Counted from the stretch's first letter, positions 10,790-20,900 are shown. The stretch is 32,000 bases of DNA from Hyperthermus butylicus DSM 5456 (GCF_000015145.1 NC_008818.1:1140001-1172000), one strand, 5' to 3'. Numbers and translations: made by a program. The notes: generated from the letters alone by a model not told the origin.

Positions 10790-11392
10790 CTAGTCCTCCC
10801 TTATTTCGGCTATATCGCCTAACGTTAGGTAGAACTCGTCCCTCCTAGAGCGGGGGCTTGCCTCCAGCTCTTCCTCGACCACTGGTTCCAACAGTTTTAC
10901 GCCGAGAACCCTCTCTAGCCTCCTAGCAAGATCTATTGGCGGTACTAGTGTGCCAGCTTCAATCCTCTTGATAACGTTCTCGCCGACCCTCACCTTCTGG
11001 GCTAGCTCGCGCTGGGTTAGGCCGAGGCGCTGCCTAGCCCTCCTAATTCTCTCAGCATAGTCCTCAACCACTTCGTAGCGTTCAACAACACCTAGGCTTG
11101 TCTCTCTCTTCCTGAGAGCCGCTGGCCTCCTCGCTTGTTGCCTCCGCAGAGCCGGCACTGCTGATGCCGCCGGCTCTCTAGGGGCTGGCTGTGTTGTTCG
11201 TCGGGTTGTAGTGAGGCGATAGCGTAGAGGCTCATCTGTCCCCGTACGCATTGAGCGCTCCATGTAGCGGCTGTAGCAACGTTCACATACCATCATTTCA
11301 GTGCCTTCAACGACTATACGGTAAGCCCTACCCGTTATCGGGGCGCCGCACATCTCACAGTAGAGTGGTGTAGTCCTCCTCTGTGCTGTCAA
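10790..11392 (-). CDS. Multiprotein bridging factor 1-like protein (zinc ribbon + HTH Xre)
   Basis: N-terminal YCEMCGAPI...VCERCYSRY; C-terminal 'RIRRARQRLGLTQRELAQKVRVGENVIKRIEAGTLVPPIDLARRLERVLGVKL'. Confidence 0.88.
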   Translation of the reverse strand: MTAQRRTTPLYCEMCGAPITGRAYRIVVEGTEMMVCERCYSRYMERSMRTGTDEPLRYRLTTTRRTTQPAPREPAASAVPALRRQQARRPAALRKRETSLGVVERYEVVEDYAERIRRARQRLGLTQRELAQKVRVGENVIKRIEAGTLVPPIDLARRLERVLGVKLLEPVVEEELEASPRSRRDEFYLTLGDIAEIRED

Positions 11393-11482
11393 GGGGCTAG
11401 TATCACCAGTGTAGTTACGAGCCGCAAACCATTATTTAGGCTTCATCCTATCTCTAATATAGGTGCATGGTGGCGCTAGAGT

Positions 11483-12700
11483 ATGCAGTACAGCGACGCC
11501 AATGACCATGAGGCTTACCTCCGGAAGTATATTCAACAGCTTGAGCGCAGGGTTCGCGAGTTAGAAGCTGAACGCTCAGAGCTGCGCCGTGAGCTACGCC
11601 GCTACCGCATAGAGGTTGACAAGCTGCTAAGCCCACCGCTCATCGAGGCTGTTGTACTCAGTGTGCTCCCCGATGGCAGGGTCGTGGTGAAGAGTAGTAC
11701 TGGACCAAACCTAGTGGTAAACGTCTCATCAAATGTTGACGTGTCAAAACTAGTGCCTGGAGCCTATGTAGCGTTAAACCAGCGTGGATCTACAATAGTT
11801 GAGGTTCTACCGGAGCGCGAGGACCCCTACGTAAAGGCTATGGAGGTTGTTGACAGACCCAAGGTCACGTTCGACGATATTGGTGGGCTAGAGGAGCAAA
11901 AGAGGGAGCTATACGAGGCTATAATTCTACCGCTAAAGAAGCCTGAGCTATTCCGTGAACTAGGCATAGAGCCTCCAAAGGGCGTACTGCTCTACGGGCC
12001 TCCCGGATGTGGCAAAACACTACTCGCTAAGGCTGTTGCAAGCATGACCAATGCAACCTTCATACGTGTTGTAGCATCAGAGTTTGTCCACAAGTACGTC
12101 GGTGAGGGCGCAAGGATTGTAAGGGAGGTCTTCAAGCTTGCGAGGCGCAAGGCGCCATCAATAATATTCATAGACGAAATAGACGCCATTGCAGCCAAGA
12201 GGATTGATCTAGGGACGAGTGGTGAGAGGGAGATACAGAGAACGCTAATGCAACTCCTAGCAGAGCTAGACGGTTTCGACCCCCTAGGCGACGTAAAGGT
12301 CATCGCAGCCACCAACCGTATCGACATACTTGACCCGGCACTGCTAAGGCCGGGCAGGTTTGACAGGTTAATCTACGTGCCGCCACCTGATGAGAAGGGG
12401 CGGCTCGAGATATTCAGAATACATACCCGCCGCATGAAGCTCGGCGAGGACGTAGACCTTGCCTACCTCGCAAAGATCACTGAAGGTGCTACCGGCGCCG
12501 ATATAAGGGCTATAGTGATGGAGGCTGGCTACAACGCTCTACGTGCCGGCAGGAGGGTAGTAATGATGGAAGACTTCCTAGCAGCTGTTGAGAAGGTTAT
12601 GAAGAAGCGCCGCAGACCGTACGCCACGATGCCAGAATATCTTGACGAGGCTCCAACGCGTGCCACAACGTCTAGCGAGGCTGCTGTGATGCATATCTAG
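11483..12700 (+). CDS. pan: Proteasome-activating nucleotidase (AAA+ ATPase)
   Basis: N-terminal coiled coil, OB-like region, Walker A GPPGCGKT, Walker [35 protein letters not shown]. Confidence 0.95.
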   Translation: MQYSDANDHEAYLRKYIQQLERRVRELEAERSELRRELRRYRIEVDKLLSPPLIEAVVLSVLPDGRVVVKSSTGPNLVVNVSSNVDVSKLVPGAYVALNQRGSTIVEVLPEREDPYVKAMEVVDRPKVTFDDIGGLEEQKRELYEAIILPLKKPELFRELGIEPPKGVLLYGPPGCGKTLLAKAVASMTNATFIRVVASEFVHKYVGEGARIVREVFKLARRKAPSIIFIDEIDAIAAKRIDLGTSGEREIQRTLMQLLAELDGFDPLGDVKVIAATNRIDILDPALLRPGRFDRLIYVPPPDEKGRLEIFRIHTRRMKLGEDVDLAYLAKITEGATGADIRAIVMEAGYNALRAGRRVVMMEDFLAAVEKVMKKRRRPYATMPEYLDEAPTRATTSSEAAVMHI

Positions 12701-13388
12701 CAGTTTCCTCCTCCTCACGGATTTTAGATAGGTAGACTCTACGGTAGCGCCTCCAAACCTCGCCCATACGTGCAATCATACGGTTCCACTCCTTATCACT
12801 AACCTCCCGGTAGAACATCTCCACACGGCCATCAGGTAGGCTCCGATAGCCTGTTTTGAGGTATAGCTTGCCGTTCCTCGTAGCGAATACTGTGCAATAG
12901 GTTAGGAGACACACTATTGGCTTCAAATGCTTACCATACCTCTCAATTATACACTCTCCCCTCTCGACATCGAAGAATATGCAGCGGCCCATTGCCTCCG
13001 TGTCAAGTCTATATATTCTCACGGGGCCTCCAGGCGTGCGAATAATCTCGCTCGGCTGCCTCAACACTCTCTCACGAAGCTCGGGTGGTAGCTGCCTAAC
13101 CTCATTCTCTATCATGAAGGCGCCACTACGGAATACGCAGCACCGGTTGCATCCTCTCGGACACTCCATCCGATATGTGTCGCGTAGAACGCTCTCACCC
13201 ATTTCCTCGAAGACTAGGAGGTTTACATGGGTCCCAGGTGTAGGCCGGAATACTGCTAGTAGTCTCTTGAGCTTTGAACTGTAGTAGATGCCGTCAAACC
13301 ACTTCTTCAGCCTGGCAGCCTCCCGGAGCATGTAGATGTTCCAGGCTCTATCCTTTCTGGGCTCCTTTAACACATATATCTTCGCCAT
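12672..13388 (-). CDS. YkgJ-like cysteine cluster protein
   Basis: Cysteine pattern [22 protein letters not shown]...[30 protein letters not shown]. Confidence 0.78.
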   Translation of the reverse strand: MAKIYVLKEPRKDRAWNIYMLREAARLKKWFDGIYYSSKLKRLLAVFRPTPGTHVNLLVFEEMGESVLRDTYRMECPRGCNRCCVFRSGAFMIENEVRQLPPELRERVLRQPSEIIRTPGGPVRIYRLDTEAMGRCIFFDVERGECIIERYGKHLKPIVCLLTYCTVFATRNGKLYLKTGYRSLPDGRVEMFYREVSDKEWNRMIARMGEVWRRYRRVYLSKIREEEETARYASQQPR

Positions 13389-13391
13389 GGA

Positions 13392-13820
13392 CTATTCTCC
13401 CCTACTAGCTCCACGCACAACGATACTACACAGCTCCTCTACCAGCTGCCTTGGGAGCCTCGCTACAAGCCTCCTAATATTGCTTCGTCGAGCCCAGTCA
13501 CCATGACTTCTCAGTCCACCACTAAACGTTCTCGGTATGTGGAGAAGTTCATGCACCAAAACTCCAACTATATCCTCGCAACTCCTAAGCCTAAGAATGT
13601 TCTCTGAAACTATCTCGATGACATACATGGGCTCACATAAGCCAAGCTTGACAAACGGTGATGGTAGCCCCCAGATGCGTGCGTGAGCCAGGGATCTCGA
13701 GCCACGGCTAAACACTATGTAGACTCGCTCTGGGTCTATGTAGTCTAGGCCTAGAGCTTCTATGAGCCGCCTCACAAGCTGCTCGAGCCTGCGGTCACGA
13801 TGGAATTGGAGTTGTGGCAA
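13392..13820 (-). CDS. Putative zinc metallopeptidase
   Basis: HExxH motif in 'EDIVGVLVHELLHIPRTFSGGLRSHGDWARR'. Confidence 0.7.
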   Translation of the reverse strand: MPQLQFHRDRRLEQLVRRLIEALGLDYIDPERVYIVFSRGSRSLAHARIWGLPSPFVKLGLCEPMYVIEIVSENILRLRSCEDIVGVLVHELLHIPRTFSGGLRSHGDWARRSNIRRLVARLPRQLVEELCSIVVRGASRGE

Positions 13821-13893
13821 CCGTCGACCCGCCCCGAGGGGCCGAAGCTGCTAAAAATAACCTCTTGAAAGGCTTTTGATGGAGATGTAGAGG

Positions 13894-15051
13894 CTAGCGT
13901 CTCCTCCTCCTACGACCTGCCTCCTCTTCCTCTGTGACCTCGTACGCTCTCACACCGACGCCTAGCAGCTTTCTGAACACAGCGTCTATGAATTTTACGT
14001 GGAAGCCGCGCTGACCGACAAATGCGCCAAACTCATCGCTCCTAACCTTTACTGCTAGGTATGGACCCTGGAAGTCTACATCCACTATGTGCTTGTATAT
14101 CCAGCTTACTGGATGGACAGCCCTTATGATGTTGGTGAAGTCTAGTGTTAGCTCTACAGCCCTCAGCCTTAGCTCTGTGTCCTGCTCTATCTTCTGTATC
14201 CGCTCGCCTCCGCGGCCCACTAGCCTGCCCAGATAACCCTCCTTGACTATTACGAGGGCGTCGGGTACGTGCTCTGCTGTTATCTCAAACTGCTTCTTGG
14301 CATCAATGAACTCTACAACCGTTATAACATCGGAGTCAGGAGCGTAGATTCTAGCAGCTTCAATAACCTTCTTTTCAACCTCGTTTAGTGGGCGGTTCCT
14401 CATCCTCATCTCTATGAGGAGTCTTATACCCCTCCTAGCGCCGGGTCTAACAATGTCCTTCAAGCCTAGATCTACGACCTTAGCGTTTTCCTCGCCGAGC
14501 AGAACCTCCCTCATCACAGTGGCACCATCTCTCTCAACACCATGAGGTTTCTGGAACACTGGATCGCCAGCAATGATGAACTTGCTGTTGCGACCAATCC
14601 TCATTAGTATCTCTACGCTGCTTTCTGGCGGTATGTTCTGGGAGTCGTCGAGGAAGATTATCGAGTCGTCAAATGTCCTGCCGCGTAGGTAGTGGGTATC
14701 AGCAAAAATTATCTTACCATCTCTTATTAGTTTCTCGACCTCGCCCCACTCTATGAAGCCTGCCAGTATGTCGCGTAGGTACGCCGATGCTATCTCATAG
14801 TACTGTGGCCCTAGCTCCTGCGCTGTTAGCTCCTTACCCGTCACTACATCAACGACCGGCCTTGATATGATTAGCCTTCGGTACTTACCCTCAAGGACAG
14901 CATCGATCCCATATAGTACGCTGAAGAGGCTCTTACCGCTACCGGTCGGGCCAAAGAGCCCCACTATTTCGTACTCATCACTGGTTAGGGCCTTGAGCAT
15001 CTCCTCCTGGCCAGGGCTCATAGGCTTTAGCTTTTCAAGCAGCGCACCCAT
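13894..15051 (-). CDS. PhoH-like ATPase with C-terminal KH-type RNA-binding domain
   Basis: Walker A GLFGPTGSGKS, RLIISRPVV, IIFLDDSQN, then KH-like VIVKEGYLGRLVGRGGERIQKIEQDT. Confidence 0.82.
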   Translation of the reverse strand: MGALLEKLKPMSPGQEEMLKALTSDEYEIVGLFGPTGSGKSLFSVLYGIDAVLEGKYRRLIISRPVVDVVTGKELTAQELGPQYYEIASAYLRDILAGFIEWGEVEKLIRDGKIIFADTHYLRGRTFDDSIIFLDDSQNIPPESSVEILMRIGRNSKFIIAGDPVFQKPHGVERDGATVMREVLLGEENAKVVDLGLKDIVRPGARRGIRLLIEMRMRNRPLNEVEKKVIEAARIYAPDSDVITVVEFIDAKKQFEITAEHVPDALVIVKEGYLGRLVGRGGERIQKIEQDTELRLRAVELTLDFTNIIRAVHPVSWIYKHIVDVDFQGPYLAVKVRSDEFGAFVGQRGFHVKFIDAVFRKLLGVGVRAYEVTEEEEAGRRRRRR

Positions 15052-15146
15052 ATCCGTTACACCCCGATAGCTCCTATCCTATAACCTCCAAGATACACTG
15101 GGGGCCACGCTACTGGAAGCTTATCAAGCTTAAGGATATCGGGTAT

Positions 15147-15824
15147 ATGGGTCCCAACCCAGCCTCCACCGGTGCCTGGGGACGCATCGTGGATCCAGTC
15201 TGGGAGAGGGAGAAGCTTGAGGCCTGGAGGAGGCTATGGGAGGACCTCGAAATAGGCTACCTTGACACCGACATACTCGACGTGCTTGTAGAGTTCTTTC
15301 TCAGGCCCGGCTCGTACAGCAAGAGTAGCTGCTCGGGAAGAATAACCGTTATCGACGCAAAATACCCGTGGGCTAAAGAGGAGACCATGACGGTGTTTAA
15401 GAAACATGAACCAGTAACTGTGGAAGAGATTAGGGCTGTTCTCGGGAGACCGTGGAGTACTAGGCTCTGGTTAAGCGTGCAAGGCCCCATATACCATGTC
15501 TACACCTACAGTCTTGAGGAGGCACGTATACTCCTCGAGGCTGCACGTGAGGCAGGCTTTAAGCATAGCGGGATACTTGTACCCTCTGAGCATCCATTAG
15601 TAGAGCTTAGAACGGGAATTCGGGCTGATATACTGCTAGCAGACGGTGACACGGTCATCGTTGGGGAAGATGAGAAACTACAACACGCTGTAAACGTTGC
15701 CAATGAGGTGCTCCTGCAAGCCAAGAAGAGGAATGAGAGGTTACTACAAGCGTTAAGGTATAGAAGGCCAGCCAGGCTCTGGGAGCCCGCAGTAGAGGAG
15801 GCTAGGAGGAGAGGGTGGCTCTAG
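15147..15824 (+). CDS. taw3: tRNA(Phe) 7-((3-amino-3-carboxypropyl)-4-demethylwyosine) N4-methyltransferase, Taw3/TYW3 family
   Basis: SSCSGRITVIDAKYPWAKEETMTVFKKHEPVT and WLSVQGPIYHVYTYSLEEARILLEAAREAGFKHSGI. Confidence 0.85.
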   Translation: MGPNPASTGAWGRIVDPVWEREKLEAWRRLWEDLEIGYLDTDILDVLVEFFLRPGSYSKSSCSGRITVIDAKYPWAKEETMTVFKKHEPVTVEEIRAVLGRPWSTRLWLSVQGPIYHVYTYSLEEARILLEAAREAGFKHSGILVPSEHPLVELRTGIRADILLADGDTVIVGEDEKLQHAVNVANEVLLQAKKRNERLLQALRYRRPARLWEPAVEEARRRGWL

Positions 15825-15852
15825 TACTACAAAACCTATAATCCAGCACTAC

Positions 15853-16359
15853 ATGGCCTTCCAACTCGGCCAGTGTAGCAGCGGGGCTGGATTATCCTTG
15901 AGTAGTGAGGTTGAGATAGCTCCCGAGGAGCTAAAGATATCGGATGTCATGACCCCCAACGTTATAACTTGTAAGCCTGATGACACTGTTGTGGATGCGG
16001 CAAGAAAAATGGCCAAGTACAGTATTGGTAGCGTAGTCGTCGTCGATGATAAGGGCACGATTCTGGGCATACTAACTGAGGGCGACATCGTTAGGAGAGT
16101 TGTAGCTAGGGGTCTCGACCCATCCAGGACTCTCGTTAGGGACGTTATGACGACCAATCCCGTCACGATATACAGCGATGCAACGCTAGCAGCTGCAGCA
16201 GAGTATATGAAGAGAAAGGGTATTGGTCACCTACCAGTAGTTAATGAGCAAGGTAGACTCGTGGGTATAATAACGAAGACTGACATAGTGAGGCTAGCAC
16301 CAAGCCTCATTGAAGTCCTATACCTCCGCCACAGAGAGAGCATGGAAGAAACAATCTGA
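15853..16359 (+). CDS. CBS-domain protein (2 CBS repeats)
   Basis: Two repeats: SDVMTPNVITCKPDDTVVDAARKMAKYSIGSVVVVDD...GILTEGDIVRR and RDVMTTNPVTIYSDATLAAAAEYMKRKGIGHLPVVNEQGRLVGIITKTDIVR. Confidence 0.92.
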   Translation: MAFQLGQCSSGAGLSLSSEVEIAPEELKISDVMTPNVITCKPDDTVVDAARKMAKYSIGSVVVVDDKGTILGILTEGDIVRRVVARGLDPSRTLVRDVMTTNPVTIYSDATLAAAAEYMKRKGIGHLPVVNEQGRLVGIITKTDIVRLAPSLIEVLYLRHRESMEETI

Positions 16360-16494
16360 ACATAGCGACACAGCCTATTTTACACCCATTCAGAAATCTA
16401 ATATAGTTATACGGTGTGAAACCTGGCCCTCCTAGTATCGGATGTATTCTCTGCAAGGACTTCCTATGCGCTTCCCGATACGAGTATTGGGGAG

Positions 16495-17217
16495 TTGCGC
16501 CGTATTATCCGCGAGTACTACGTAAGAGTTATACCAGTAGTAGCTGATGAGAAGACGTTAAAACTCATAGGTGTTGTACGTAGAGGTAATCTCCTCTACA
16601 TATCATCGACACGTACTGAGTTCACTGCAAGAGACATTATGGACGAGCCAAAGATAGTAGCCAGGCCCTCAGATGACGCTAGGGAATTAGCAGATAGGCT
16701 CATTGAAACCGATGAGTGGTATGCGCCCGTAGTGGATGATGCCGGTAAACTACTAGGACTCGTTGGTCTCGAGAATATTATCGGTTATGTTGTAAATCAC
16801 GAGCCTGAGAAGCTTATGAAGCCCGTGGAGGAGTTCATGGAGAGGAACGTGGTCTATGTAGAACCAACTACGCCTGTGTACAAGGTGTGGCAGGTAATGA
16901 TGTCTAAGAGGTTTGCAGCATTACCCGTAGTCTCGGAGGGCAAGCTGATAGGCGTAATTGCAGAGCATGATCTCATAGTTCGCGGATTCGCACGACCCGA
17001 CTTCGAGTCTCCTAGCGGTATCCGGCGGGGCCCACTAGTCCGCGAGCTGATGTCTACTCCGCCAGTAACAGTGCTGCCTACCGTTCCGCTGCTGAGCGCT
17101 GCGCGGCTAATAGTTGAGAGGTATATTGGCAGAGTCTATGTCGTGGACGATGATGAGAGTCTACTTGGCGTAGTTGATAGAAGCGATATTGTACGCGCCT
17201 GGCTCACAGCAAGGTAG
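16495..17217 (+). CDS. CBS-domain protein (about 4 CBS repeats); first repeat extends upstream of any standard in-frame start
   Basis: ORF starts at TTG in the middle of the first CBS repeat; same-frame upstream codons encode VSDVFSARTSYALPDTSIGE. Further repeats ARDIMDEPKIV..., MERNVVYVEPTTPVY..., VRELMSTPPVTVLPT.... Confidence 0.85.
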   Translation: MRRIIREYYVRVIPVVADEKTLKLIGVVRRGNLLYISSTRTEFTARDIMDEPKIVARPSDDARELADRLIETDEWYAPVVDDAGKLLGLVGLENIIGYVVNHEPEKLMKPVEEFMERNVVYVEPTTPVYKVWQVMMSKRFAALPVVSEGKLIGVIAEHDLIVRGFARPDFESPSGIRRGPLVRELMSTPPVTVLPTVPLLSAARLIVERYIGRVYVVDDDESLLGVVDRSDIVRAWLTAR

Positions 17218-17255
17218 CTAAATATCTCGTTACGTATACCTTCTTTGGGTTAGGA

Positions 17256-18230
17256 GTGGCAGCTGAAGAGGGAGGCCCAGCTATGAGAAGGAGTACAGTA
17301 GTACCTCCCAGAAGAAGGCCCGAAGGTATTAGGTGGCTTAGAAGTGATGGGAAGCCGAACTTTAGCGATAGGATACACCGGCACGAGGGCGAGGCAAAGC
17401 TACTGGCAAAACGCCCCGTCTACACTACAACGCGCACCTCTACTATCCTGCGGCTCTTAGAGGATATGACACGGTATAATGTGAGGGCTATGCCGGTTAT
17501 AGTGCCTAACAAGGAGACACTTGAGGGAATGGTTACCGTTATGGATGCTGTGAGCTATCTTGGCGGCGGCGAACTCTACGACATAGTGGTTAAGAGGCAT
17601 GGTAGGAACATATATGCAGCGCTACTAAAGGAGTACGTGTCATCAATAATGAACCCTAATCCAGTCTACGTCACCGTAGATGATAAGCTTACAAAGATAC
17701 TTGAGGTAATGGTTACGCGGAACGTTGGGGTACTCCCAGTCCTATACCACGACGGGACGATATGGGGCATCATAACAGAGCACGACATCGTAGGATACCT
17801 GGCAGAGAAGACTGTTGGTAGGAGGGTCTCAGAAGTAATGACGACTAATGTGATAACAATAAGCGTTGATGCAACCCTTAAAGAGGCCATGGAGACAATG
17901 ATTAAGTATGGTGTGCGTAGACTGCCAATAGTTGCAGACAACAGTGTCTGGGGCATGATAACGGCAAAGGACATAGTTAGGTTCTTTGGCAGCCACGAGG
18001 TATTCACCTTTGTTGAAACAGGAAATGTTGAAGAGGCCCTAGCTACGCCCGTTAAGATTGTAGGCGTAAATGACTACGTAACCATTAGCCCAGACGCAGA
18101 CGTGGGTGAAGCAGCGAAGCTAATGATTGATAAGGGTGTTAGCAGCCTATTAGTCGTCGAGGAGGGGAAGCTGACGGGAATAATAACTGAGAGAGACATA
18201 CTCTACGCGCTTGCAATAGCACCAAGTTAA
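17256..18230 (+). CDS. CBS-domain protein (4 CBS repeats)
   Basis: Repeats beginning AKLLAKRPVYTTTRTSTILR, VSSIMNPNPVYVTVDDKLTK, VSEVMTTNVITISVDATLKE, VNDYVTISPDADVGEAAKLM. Start may be ATG at 17283. Confidence 0.9.
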   Translation: MAAEEGGPAMRRSTVVPPRRRPEGIRWLRSDGKPNFSDRIHRHEGEAKLLAKRPVYTTTRTSTILRLLEDMTRYNVRAMPVIVPNKETLEGMVTVMDAVSYLGGGELYDIVVKRHGRNIYAALLKEYVSSIMNPNPVYVTVDDKLTKILEVMVTRNVGVLPVLYHDGTIWGIITEHDIVGYLAEKTVGRRVSEVMTTNVITISVDATLKEAMETMIKYGVRRLPIVADNSVWGMITAKDIVRFFGSHEVFTFVETGNVEEALATPVKIVGVNDYVTISPDADVGEAAKLMIDKGVSSLLVVEEGKLTGIITERDILYALAIAPS

Positions 18231-18303
18231 CCCAAGCTCGTATTTTCTCTCCGTATCCACATCCCGTACAAATCATACCCTCCAGCTAGATAGGCGATGT
18301 GTT

Positions 18304-19155
18304 ATGTCCGAGCCTTTCCGTGTATCGGACTACATGTCTACGCCAGTTGTTGTTGTAACACCCCACAGCGATCTAGCCCATGTACGTAGGCTTATGCTTC
18401 GCTACCGTATAGGTAGAGTTGTAGTTATTGATGAGGCCGAGAAGCCAGTTGGCATAGTCACAATGAGCGACTTTGTCAGGCTTGTCGCAGAAAGGTTTTC
18501 AAGCAAACCCCTCGTAAACATTGCTGTAGCAGATATCATGACTAGGGATCCCGTAACGATACGTGATAATCGTTCACTAAGAGAGGCAGCTAGACTAATG
18601 ATAAAACATGGTGTTAGCGGTCTACCGGTCGTAGACGAGGATGGCAAGCTTGTAGGCATAATAACTAAGAGCGATATCGTCCGGGCGTTTGCCGAGAAGC
18701 TCCGCGGCAAGTTTAAGGTGCGCGACTACATGGAGGCGGATTTTCCAGATGCCACACCATGGCATAGCATCTACTACGTAGCCGACCTCCTCTACAATAG
18801 CCCTGTAAAGCGTGTACTCGTAGTTGAGGGCGAAAGACTCCTCGGAATAATAGCACCGAGCGACATCGCATTTCTCAGCGAGCTGCCGATGCTGGCTAAG
18901 ACTAGGATTAAGCCTATACGCCGTTTTGCTGAGCTGCCGAAGGGGCGTATGGGCCCCGTGTATAGCTATGTGATGCTCACCGCGCAGGATGTTATGACTC
19001 CAAGCCCCGTAACCATAGGGCCCGACGAAGATCTAGCTCTTGCTGCACAGCTAATGTTGAGACACGGATTTAGCTCGGTACCAGTGGTAGAAGACGAGAC
19101 TCCCGTTGGGATAGTGGTCAAGCATAATATCCTCAAGGCGATAGCTGGAGTCTAG
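18304..19155 (+). CDS. CBS-domain protein (4 CBS repeats)
   Basis: VSDYMSTPVVVVTPHSDL, VADIMTRDPVTIRDNRSL, VRDYMEADFPDATPWHSI, AQDVMTPSPVTIGPDEDL. Confidence 0.92.
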   Translation: MSEPFRVSDYMSTPVVVVTPHSDLAHVRRLMLRYRIGRVVVIDEAEKPVGIVTMSDFVRLVAERFSSKPLVNIAVADIMTRDPVTIRDNRSLREAARLMIKHGVSGLPVVDEDGKLVGIITKSDIVRAFAEKLRGKFKVRDYMEADFPDATPWHSIYYVADLLYNSPVKRVLVVEGERLLGIIAPSDIAFLSELPMLAKTRIKPIRRFAELPKGRMGPVYSYVMLTAQDVMTPSPVTIGPDEDLALAAQLMLRHGFSSVPVVEDETPVGIVVKHNILKAIAGV

Positions 19156-19200
19156 GCAGTCTAGACTACTAGGGAGCCCAGCAGCTGGGGTGATACAGAC

Positions 19201-20013
19201 ATGACTGTTACGGCTAAGGTACGCGATATAATGCTAACCGACTATCCGGCAGTCGAGAAGAATGAGACTCTTGTACAAGCCGTAAGGATTATGGAGCGCT
19301 ATGACAGCGACCGTGTCGTAGTGTTTAGCGAGGGCCGCCTAGCAGGTATCATGACAAAGAAGGATATCATGGTTAAGCTAGCTACACTTAGAACACGCAG
19401 TGTTACGCCGGGTAGGCTACATGTCTCAAGCTTTATGACGCCAGACCCTAAGACTATAGGGCCCGACGCATCTGCTGTTGAAGCCGCCCAGGTAATGGTC
19501 GGGGACAACATTGGTAGCCTGCCAGTTGTAGAGGATGACGAGACTGTAGGCCTTGTAACGCGATGGGAGATAGCTAAGATTGTAGCCTCGCTGCCCGACG
19601 TCAAGGTTGTAGATGTAATGATAACTGTGCCTGAGGTGTTGAGGATAACAAACAAGGTTCTACATGCTAGGCAGGTGCTATTACGCTACAACCTCCTCTT
19701 CGTACCAGTTCTCGATGAGGAGGGCCGGCTAGTAGGCTACGTGACAGTGGACGAGGTCGCTGACGCATTCCTAGCATTCCACGACATTGTACCTGAGAAG
19801 TACCGTAAGGAGCGTATTGAGCACCTCTTAGTAGACGACATTATGAGGCTGCGTCCGCCAGTCGTAAGCCCCGATGCGAGCGTTGTTGAGGCGTTTGAGC
19901 GGATGAGCGAGAAGAGATCCAAGGGTGCAGCGGTAGTACATGAGGGTAGACTTGTAGGCATAGTGACGCTAAACGAGCTGGTTAAGCTAGTAGCTATGAG
20001 AGCTGCCCGCTAG
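19201..20013 (+). CDS. CBS-domain protein (4 CBS repeats)
   Basis: VRDIMLTDYPAVEKNETL, VSSFMTPDPKTIGPDASA, VVDVMITVPEVLRITNKV, VDDIMRLRPPVVSPDASV. Confidence 0.92.
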   Translation: MTVTAKVRDIMLTDYPAVEKNETLVQAVRIMERYDSDRVVVFSEGRLAGIMTKKDIMVKLATLRTRSVTPGRLHVSSFMTPDPKTIGPDASAVEAAQVMVGDNIGSLPVVEDDETVGLVTRWEIAKIVASLPDVKVVDVMITVPEVLRITNKVLHARQVLLRYNLLFVPVLDEEGRLVGYVTVDEVADAFLAFHDIVPEKYRKERIEHLLVDDIMRLRPPVVSPDASVVEAFERMSEKRSKGAAVVHEGRLVGIVTLNELVKLVAMRAAR

Positions 20014-20154
20014 CAGGTACGCCGCGGAACTACATACGATTGCAGCCACGCATCATGCCTCATTTTTACCGCTATCCATTCAACCTGACACATAGCGAGA
20101 TATAGGGCGTGACCGTGTCGCGTCTTCTCCTCTGGGCACCACTCGACTCCGTTC

Positions 20155-20712
20155 GTGGCTAGCGGTGAGGACTTAATGAGGCAGGTAACTAGACTTAAAA
20201 GGCCTAGATTTATAGTAGACTCTATGCTAGGCAGCTTAGCGCGCTGGCTGAGAATGATAGGCTACGATACAGTCTACGCTAAGGGGTGGCATGACTCCCG
20301 CATACTGGAGGAGGCAGCGACAACAGGGAGAATAGTCGTTACCAGGGATAGAGGGCTCTATCGCCGCGCTTTACGCCGAGGTCTTACGGCTGTACTGGTC
20401 AGCGAGGACCTAGCATATTCTCTGGCTCTACTCAGCCTCAAGTTCGGTGTAGAGCTGAGTATTGACCCTAACCAGAGTAGGTGCCCGCTCTGCAACGCCC
20501 CGCTCCGGCCTGCTTCTAAGGAGGAGGTTAGAGGGAGGGTTCCACCAAGAGTTTACGAAGCCTATGACGAGTTCTGGGTATGTACTGGCTGTAGCCAGGT
20601 ATACTGGCGTGGCGGCCACTGGCGAGGAATTAGGGAGACTCTTGAAGAGGCTAGGAAGAAGCTCCAAATCATGATGCGGCGGTCGAGCGATCGAGGGCCT
20701 CAGCACGGCTAA
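20155..20712 (+). CDS. Mut7-C (PIN-like RNase) domain protein with C-terminal zinc ribbon
   Basis: PRFIVDSMLGSLARWLRMIGYDTVYAKGWHDSRILEEAATTGRIVVTRDRGLYRRA; CPLCNAPL...CTGCSQVYWRGGHWRGI. Confidence 0.88.
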   Translation: MASGEDLMRQVTRLKRPRFIVDSMLGSLARWLRMIGYDTVYAKGWHDSRILEEAATTGRIVVTRDRGLYRRALRRGLTAVLVSEDLAYSLALLSLKFGVELSIDPNQSRCPLCNAPLRPASKEEVRGRVPPRVYEAYDEFWVCTGCSQVYWRGGHWRGIRETLEEARKKLQIMMRRSSDRGPQHG

Positions 20713-20900
20713 TGCTCAGCCGCGTTTGCAGTCTGCATCCCGCCAACCAGTACGTATACGGGTGGGAGCCTCTTACACCTTGCTCCTCAGACAGTTATGC
20801 GCAATACTGCTTAAATGCTGCTGATCATCCAATACAGCATGGCCTTCCAGCTTATGGGTCCTAGGAGTGTCTTGGCCCCGCTGCACGGAGAGGAGGCCAA

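Noticed and set aside
15853-20013. CRISPR or other nucleotide-level tandem repeat array
   Set aside because: The similarity is at the protein-domain level (CBS repeats); nucleotide repeats are diverged, with no regular spacer pattern.
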